Source: a virus
Taxonomy: Duplodnaviria > Caudoviricetes
Direction: 5' to 3' (one strand)
DNA: 41,378 nt
Virus record (IMG/VR): IMGVR_UViG_3300036771_000057
Location: 1-41,378 of that record
Below are positions 35,576-41,378 of this stretch, one piece after another. The notes beneath the pieces were generated by a model that was not told the origin of the DNA, did not search any database, and worked only from the letters and a program-made list of their open reading frames with translations. Position numbers and translations under genes: made by a program. Position 1 is the first letter of the stretch. The number at the start of each line of letters is the position of its first letter.

Positions 35576-36697
35576 ATGGGTAAAGATTTAGAAACGAAAA
35601 TTGACAATAAAAAGAATTTAAGCGAGGTTTTAGCGTCGGGGACACCTGAACAAGTAGATAACGCTTTAGTACAATTCGCACAAGGTATTCAAAATGAAAT
35701 TTTAGCTCAAGCATCTGTTCAATCTAGTGATCAGGCTGTATTAGCTGCTCGTGGAGGTCGTGCTTTAACTAGTCAAGAAACAAAATATTACAACCAAGTA
35801 ATCGCTGGTAACTCATTCGCTGGAACTGAAGCATTAGTACCACCAACTGTTATCGAACGAGTATTTGAAGACTTAGTTCAATCTCACGAATTACTATCTA
35901 AGATCAACTTCGTTAACGTAGGAGCTTTAACAGAATGGATCCTTAAAAAAGGTGATATCCAAACGGCGTTCTGGGGAAAATTATGTGCAGCTCATAAAGA
36001 ACTTTTAGACCAAGGTTTCGAAACGATTAATATCAGCCAATATAAATTATCTGCATTTATGCCAGTTTGTAAGGCGATGCTTGATTTAGGGCCAACTTGG
36101 TTAGACCGTTATGTTCGCACTGTATTAGTTGAGTCTTTAAAAATCGCTTTAGAACTAGCTATCGTTCGCGGTACTGGTAAAGATCAACCTATCGGTATGA
36201 TGAAAGATTTATTGACAGTTGCTAACGGCGAAAACGCTGATAAAGCTGTAACTGCTGTGTTAAAAGACCTTTCTCCTTACACACTAGGAAACATCATGGC
36301 GTTACTTACTCGTGACGGTAAACGAAATCCTGACAATGTAATGCTTATTGTAAATCCAGTTGATTACTGGGCTAAAATTTATGGTTACACTACACGTCCT
36401 AATGCGGATGGAACTTACGCTTACAATGTTCTTCCGATTCCTGGTTCAATCGTTAAATCTCACGCTGTTCCAAAAGGAAAAATGGTTGTAGGTATGGCGA
36501 AAGACTACTTCTTAGGATTAGGTGGAGCACAACGTTTAGATGTGTACGACCAAACTCGTGCTATCGAAGACGAAGATTTATACATCGCTAAAATGTACGC
36601 TAACGGTCGCGCTGATCGTAATGATTCATTCTTAGTTTACGATATTTCTGGTTTAGTTGATCCAAACACGCCAGTAACGCCACCAGCTTCTAAATAA
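35576..36697 (+). CDS. Major capsid protein (HK97 fold)
   Basis: LVPPTV, GTGKDQPIG motifs; position after the protease. Confidence 0.93.
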   Translation: MGKDLETKIDNKKNLSEVLASGTPEQVDNALVQFAQGIQNEILAQASVQSSDQAVLAARGGRALTSQETKYYNQVIAGNSFAGTEALVPPTVIERVFEDLVQSHELLSKINFVNVGALTEWILKKGDIQTAFWGKLCAAHKELLDQGFETINISQYKLSAFMPVCKAMLDLGPTWLDRYVRTVLVESLKIALELAIVRGTGKDQPIGMMKDLLTVANGENADKAVTAVLKDLSPYTLGNIMALLTRDGKRNPDNVMLIVNPVDYWAKIYGYTTRPNADGTYAYNVLPIPGSIVKSHAVPKGKMVVGMAKDYFLGLGGAQRLDVYDQTRAIEDEDLYIAKMYANGRADRNDSFLVYDISGLVDPNTPVTPPASK

Positions 36698-36710
36698 GAG
36701 GTGATAACAT

Positions 36711-37022
36711 ATGGAAAATGAGCAATCAAAGGCGGTTTTAGTATCGCCTTTCGATTTGCTTGATGATGTAAAAGAAGCACTAGCGATTACGTGGGACGAG
36801 GAAGATAATAACATCATAAAGCTGATAGATCGTTCCGTTTACTATATCAATGATTTAGTAGGCGTTGAACTTGATCTGAAAGTCAACTTGTCCGCACGTG
36901 AGTTAGTTATAAACCGCATCCGATACGAGTATAATAACGCTCTCGATCAATATGAATCTAACTTTTATCAACCATTATCACGACTGATTTTACACGCTGC
37001 CTTAAAAGAGAGGGAAGTGTAA
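36711..37022 (+). CDS. Head-tail connector (gp6-like)
   Basis: LDDVKEALAITWDEED; synteny. Confidence 0.85.
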   Translation: MENEQSKAVLVSPFDLLDDVKEALAITWDEEDNNIIKLIDRSVYYINDLVGVELDLKVNLSARELVINRIRYEYNNALDQYESNFYQPLSRLILHAALKEREV

Positions 37023-37387
37023 TGGCAATCGAACGGCACAGAAAAACTTACAATGATGGGTTTGTTAGTGTTATGGAGAAGAAAACCATTCGAAATGCCA
37101 CTAAGAAAGTAATTGGATATGAAAATGTCGAGATTATCAAACTTAGATTTGCAGAACTTTCGTGTCGTGAGATTGATATACAACTAGTGAATAGTGTGGG
37201 GAAACAGTTAGATATGAAGATTGAGACGTTGTATGCTCCTGTATTTAAGAAAAAAGATGTGGATAGCCTAACTCTCAAATTGCGTGGCGTTTCTTACAGC
37301 ATCATTAAAGCTGATCGTTTTAAAAACAGTATGTATTTATATTTACAAAAGGTAGGTGGTCTTGATGACGCTGAACGAACTGATTGA
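37022..37387 (+). CDS. Head-tail adaptor / head closure protein
   Basis: TYNDG motif; synteny. Confidence 0.8.
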   Translation: MAIERHRKTYNDGFVSVMEKKTIRNATKKVIGYENVEIIKLRFAELSCREIDIQLVNSVGKQLDMKIETLYAPVFKKKDVDSLTLKLRGVSYSIIKADRFKNSMYLYLQKVGGLDDAERTD

Positions 37388-37745
37388 GAAGTATAATGTC
37401 AAACTGGTTGAGCACTTAGAATCATTCTTCAGTGGAGCTCAAGTTTACCAGGACGTTGTGCAAGAAGATGAAGCTAATCTATTCAAAATCAATCATGTTG
37501 TGTTTGAGACTGGCGGATTTGAAAGAACAGGCGCTACAAATTACAACCAAGAAGTTACTGTTTATTTCTTCTCGGAAAATAGAGAAGACTTGGACATCCT
37601 ACAATTAGAATTCATGAGTAACCTTGCTAAAACTGGTCATACCTGCAATAAATCGCTCAAAGACAAGATGAAAAAGAAAGATACTGAATTCTTTGTGGAC
37701 GTACTCACATTTGAATTGACGAGGAACATCAAAATTGTCTGCTAA
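37365..37745 (+). CDS. Tail terminator/completion-like protein
   Basis: Synteny and size. Confidence 0.65.
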   Translation: MTLNELIEKYNVKLVEHLESFFSGAQVYQDVVQEDEANLFKINHVVFETGGFERTGATNYNQEVTVYFFSENREDLDILQLEFMSNLAKTGHTCNKSLKDKMKKKDTEFFVDVLTFELTRNIKIVC

Positions 37746-38145
37746 GTTTAGTGTTAATTCGTCACAATTTGAAGCCTATCAAAGAAATATTGAGCGATTG
37801 CCAAACGTTGCAGAGAAGATCATTAATGAAGAGTTAAAAAAGAAAATATCACCTATTATGCAAAAGTCTATCCTAGGTTTAATACCGATTTCAGATAGAA
37901 AGAAACCCCACGCCAAATTATCTAAGTCCATTCAAGGGACTTTAAAGGAAAACTTAACATTAACCCTAAAACCGAATGCTAAATATGCGTATTTAGTTTT
38001 CCCGGATTTAGCGGTTGGGAATAGTAAAAAAAACTCTCCTGAATTGTTTATGGAGCACGGTGTGGATAGAGAAACAAACAAATCTGTTGAAGAGCTTAAC
38101 AAGGCCTTAATAGAAGAAATTAATAAAACTTTAGGAGGAAATTAA
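37735..38145 (+). CDS. HK97 gp10-like tail component
   Basis: YAYLVFPDLAVG...ELFMEHG motif. Confidence 0.7.
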   Translation: MSAKFSVNSSQFEAYQRNIERLPNVAEKIINEELKKKISPIMQKSILGLIPISDRKKPHAKLSKSIQGTLKENLTLTLKPNAKYAYLVFPDLAVGNSKKNSPELFMEHGVDRETNKSVEELNKALIEEINKTLGGN

Positions 38146-38715
38146 ATGCCTACAACTACTATTGACGTATTTGATGCCGTCGAGATTAAAAATGCAAGTG
38201 TACTTTTTAAAGGCGAATCAGTAACAAGCCCTTTCGGATGTATCGGTAAGTTAGATGCAGAAACGGAAATCAAATCAATCGCAAAAATTTGCGGCGGTGT
38301 AACTAAAAAGAAAAAATCTAAACCAACACAAGTAACGGTTAAAATTTCGGGTCATATGGAACTGAAAGTTGCCCGTGACATTTTCGGACTTAAAAATGAA
38401 GGTTTGATTGATAATGTTTACTCTTACGGCATCGACAGTGTGGGTAAAGATTTCGCGTTTGTCGCTGAAGAATACGACACATTTGAAGAAAACAACCGTT
38501 TGATTGCGTTCCCTGCATGTTCTGCTGCTACTGGATTCGTTAAGAGTATTGAAAACGGAGCTGATGAATTAGCGGAATTCGAATTAGAAATTACTGCTTT
38601 ACCAGATACTTATGGAAAATTCTATTATGAGGGTATTAACTTACCGACAGACGTTCAAACGAAATGGTTAACTAAGTTCGATCCTGCTGAACTACAAAAG
38701 ACGGTTACTCCGTAA
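38146..38715 (+). CDS. Major tail tube protein
   Basis: 189 aa, strong RBS, followed by a hairpin and the chaperone genes. Confidence 0.85.
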   Translation: MPTTTIDVFDAVEIKNASVLFKGESVTSPFGCIGKLDAETEIKSIAKICGGVTKKKKSKPTQVTVKISGHMELKVARDIFGLKNEGLIDNVYSYGIDSVGKDFAFVAEEYDTFEENNRLIAFPACSAATGFVKSIENGADELAEFELEITALPDTYGKFYYEGINLPTDVQTKWLTKFDPAELQKTVTP

Positions 38716-38789
38716 TAAAAAATATGAAATTACTATATAGGGCGCTCTAGTTAGCGCTCTTTAATTTTGTCTAAAAGGAGAGATTTATT

Positions 38790-39158
38790 ATGTTAGAAAC
38801 TATTACATTAACAAATCCAGAAACGCAAGAAACGCAAGAAGTAAAGGTAAACCCAAACTTAACTGCATGGACATTATTCAATCTAGAAAAAGAGAGTATC
38901 ATTAGCAAATCATTTTTAAGCACTTTATTGACTACTGGCAACGAACGAAGTATGGATTTATTGGATTCAATCCGTGTTGTTTACGCGTCTTATCGTCAAG
39001 CAAACCCAAACGATTACTTAGATTTCGAATCATTCATGAAACAATACGAAGTTGACATGACAGAAGCGCTTGAAATTTTCGGCACTGTATTAGGTAAACA
39101 GAAAGGCAAAAACAAGATGGCTGGTAACTTTCAAAAACAAGCCGGAAAAAAGGCTTAA
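38790..39158 (+). CDS. Tail assembly chaperone (gpG-like)
   Basis: Lies between MTP and TMP; ends in slippery A_AAA_AAG at 39146-39152. Confidence 0.85.
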   Translation: MLETITLTNPETQETQEVKVNPNLTAWTLFNLEKESIISKSFLSTLLTTGNERSMDLLDSIRVVYASYRQANPNDYLDFESFMKQYEVDMTEALEIFGTVLGKQKGKNKMAGNFQKQAGKKA

Positions 39159-39340
39159 AGCTTCCAGAATTTGAAATCGAATGCGTAGTGGACTTATATA
39201 GTCTCTACGTATTTATTTTTGAAATCCCGGAAAAAACTTTCTGGCATCTACCTTTAAGGGATGTTCAAAGGATAGCCGAAAATAAGAGTGCTTACGAAGG
39301 TTGGAAAGCTTACCTTCAAGAGAAGGGGAGTGAAAAATAG
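39147..39340 (+). CDS. -1 frameshift extension (gpT-like)
   Basis: Open -1 frame KKGLKLPEFEIECVVDLYSLYVFIFEIPEKTFWHLPL...KGSEK*. Confidence 0.8.
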
Positions 39341-41378
39341 TGGCTGGACCTTCAAAAGAAACAGTAATAAAGTTTAGGGCTGATACTTCCGATTATAAGA
39401 AAAATATATCTGATATTAATAGGGAGAATAGAGTTTTAAATCAAGAGTTGAAATTAACGCAAACTCAAATGAAATTAAGCAGTTCGGAAGTTGATAAACA
39501 CGCATCTTCTCTATCCACACTTGAGAAACAATACGAACTAGCCAAACGGAAGACTCAAGAAACGGCACAACAATTACAAAGAGCAAAGCAAGTGTGGGGA
39601 GAAAACTCTACAGAAGTAAAAAAGCTTGAAGAATCGATGAGAAAAGCTCAAATTGCCGAAGCTGAAATGTCAAACAAGATCCAATTGACGACACAATCAT
39701 TAGATCGAGCTAAGCAAGCTGAAGCAGAACGAAATAGTGAATCTACGAAGTCTAAACAAAAGTTAAGTGAATTACAAAGAGCAGAAGCGTTATTGGCGAC
39801 AGAAACTAATAAATTGAAATCAGCTTTAGAAGAGGAACGTGTCGCGTTAGGTGATAGCATTTCTGAATCTGAAAAGTTAGGCGTGAAACAAAGGCATTTA
39901 CAACAACAACTAGAATTGAGTGCGCGATCAGTTAAAAACCTAGAACAACAACTAGATACTGCAAAAAGTGCATACGGTTCGAATTCAGCGGAAGTTAACA
40001 AATTAGAAACAAAGTTAAATGAAGCTAGAACTGCTGAAATGCATTTAAAAAATGAAGTTGAACAAACTAATTCATCTTTAAAAGAACAAGCGAATGTAGC
40101 CGAAAAGACCGCTAATAAACTTAAAGAAGTCGGGAATTCAACTAAAGAGATTGGCGAAAAGTTATCTTCCACTGTTACACCTGCTGTAGCTGGCGTTATG
40201 GGTATTACAGGTAAATGGGCTGCTGATTTCGATACATCTCAAAAGCAAATTCAAGCATCATTAGGATTAACCGCTAAAGGTGCGGAGAATGTTGGTAAAG
40301 TAGCTGAAGATGTATTCATTAAAGGTTGGGGAGAAAACTTACAAGAAGTAGATACGGCTGTAATGAAAGTATGGCAGAATATGAAGGATGTTCCTCTTGA
40401 TGAAATGCAAAGCGTTACAGAAGGTGTTCTGGCGTTATCCAAAACTTTCGATGTAGATTTGAACGAAACAACTCGTGGTGCATCTTCATTAATGACACAA
40501 TATGGAATGACAGGACAAGAAGCCTTAGATGTTATTACGGCTGGTATGCAAGCTGGACTTGATAAATCAGGTGAATTTACGGATAACTTAGCGGAATACA
40601 CGCCGTTATTCAAACAGGCTGGATTCACTTCTGGTGAAATGTTAAACATTCTAAAGAACGGTTTGGATGCAGGGGCTTACAATTTAGATTATGTGAACGA
40701 CCTAGTTAAAGAATTCGGCATTCGTATTCAAGATGGATCGAAAGCTACAACTGATGCGATGGGCGGAATGTCAAAAGAAACGCAAAACTTATGGAAAGAG
40801 TTTGAAGCTGGTAAACGTCCTGCTGCCGATGTGTTCAAAGCTGTTATTAGTGAATTAAGAGGTATGGACGATCAAGTAACAGCTACACAACTTGGCGTAG
40901 GTATTTTTGGAACAAAATTCGAAGATCTGGGAAATGAAGCTGTTTACAGCCTGACGGAAACAAATGGCGAATTAGATAATACAGCTGGAAGAATGAAAGA
41001 GTTACAAAAAATTCAAGAAGACACGTTCGGACAAAGAGCAAAAGCGCTTTACCGTGAATTGCAAAAGGCTTTCGAACCTCTAGGTAAAGTATTCCTTGAA
41101 CTTGCAGAACAAACATTACCAGTTGTAGCTGATGCTCTTAAATCGCTTACCGATGCATTCAGTAGTTTATCCCCAGAAACTCAAAAAACTATTGGTGTAA
41201 TAATAGCTATTGTAGGTGCTTTAGGCCCGTTACTCTTAATAATAGGCCCTTTAATATCAGGAATCGGTTCGATAATAGGTGTTGTGACAACTGTAGTTGG
41301 TTGGATTATGAGTTTCGGTGGTGCTATCGGAACGCTCGTAACTACAATTGCAGCATTTGTCGGTGCACCTGTCGCTTT
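39340..41378 (+). CDS. Tape measure protein, N-terminal part (open to the window end)
   Basis: GTG after GGGGAG, coiled coil; not in the ORF track because there is no stop before the window end. Confidence 0.92.
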   Translation, partial: MAGPSKETVIKFRADTSDYKKNISDINRENRVLNQELKLTQTQMKLSSSEVDKHASSLSTLEKQYELAKRKTQETAQQLQRAKQVWGENSTEVKKLEESMRKAQIAEAEMSNKIQLTTQSLDRAKQAEAERNSESTKSKQKLSELQRAEALLATETNKLKSALEEERVALGDSISESEKLGVKQRHLQQQLELSARSVKNLEQQLDTAKSAYGSNSAEVNKLETKLNEARTAEMHLKNEVEQTNSSLKEQANVAEKTANKLKEVGNSTKEIGEKLSSTVTPAVAGVMGITGKWAADFDTSQKQIQASLGLTAKGAENVGKVAEDVFIKGWGENLQEVDTAVMKVWQNMKDVPLDEMQSVTEGVLALSKTFDVDLNETTRGASSLMTQYGMTGQEALDVITAGMQAGLDKSGEFTDNLAEYTPLFKQAGFTSGEMLNILKNGLDAGAYNLDYVNDLVKEFGIRIQDGSKATTDAMGGMSKETQNLWKEFEAGKRPAADVFKAVISELRGMDDQVTATQLGVGIFGTKFEDLGNEAVYSLTETNGELDNTAGRMKELQKIQEDTFGQRAKALYRELQKAFEPLGKVFLELAEQTLPVVADALKSLTDAFSSLSPETQKTIGVIIAIVGALGPLLLIIGPLISGIGSIIGVVTTVVGWIMSFGGAIGTLVTTIAAFVGAPVA
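40445..41378 (+). repeat. Terminal repeat of 1-934: exact for 127 bp, then a diverged allele
   Basis: 40445-40571 equals 1-127; first mismatch C128/T40572, then many synonymous and conservative changes. Confidence 0.95.

Overview
Near-complete, circularly permuted genome (unit length about 40,444 bp) of a Bacillus cereus-group-like temperate siphophage. It appears to live as a phage-plasmid: there is no integrase, but it carries ParA, a small ParB-like partner, and an iteron-containing Rep controlled by an antisense-type leader. Gene order: tape measure (C-terminal part), Dit, Tal, BppU/RBP, holin, amidase, a beta-helix moron, an HTH/repeat/TM/FtsK/Replic_Relax module, par locus, arbitrium locus (aimR plus unlisted aimP ending MMTDPGGS, a 6-25-6 operator and a 46-aa AimX candidate), Xre, Rep, repressor with three operators, sigma factor, Sak4/SSB, primase-helicase with ori, accessory cassettes, late activator, HNH, cos, terminase, head and tail genes. 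The window then re-enters the tape measure gene. The last 934 bp match the window start exactly for 127 bp and then continue as a diverged second allele. The most interesting signals are the SOS- and antisense-RNA-wired arbitrium circuit with a protein AimX candidate, the FtsK-nuclease-repeat module, centromere-like hexamers inside the parB coding sequence, and a cassette-boundary motif array. Family assignments come from motif recognition and synteny, not database searches.
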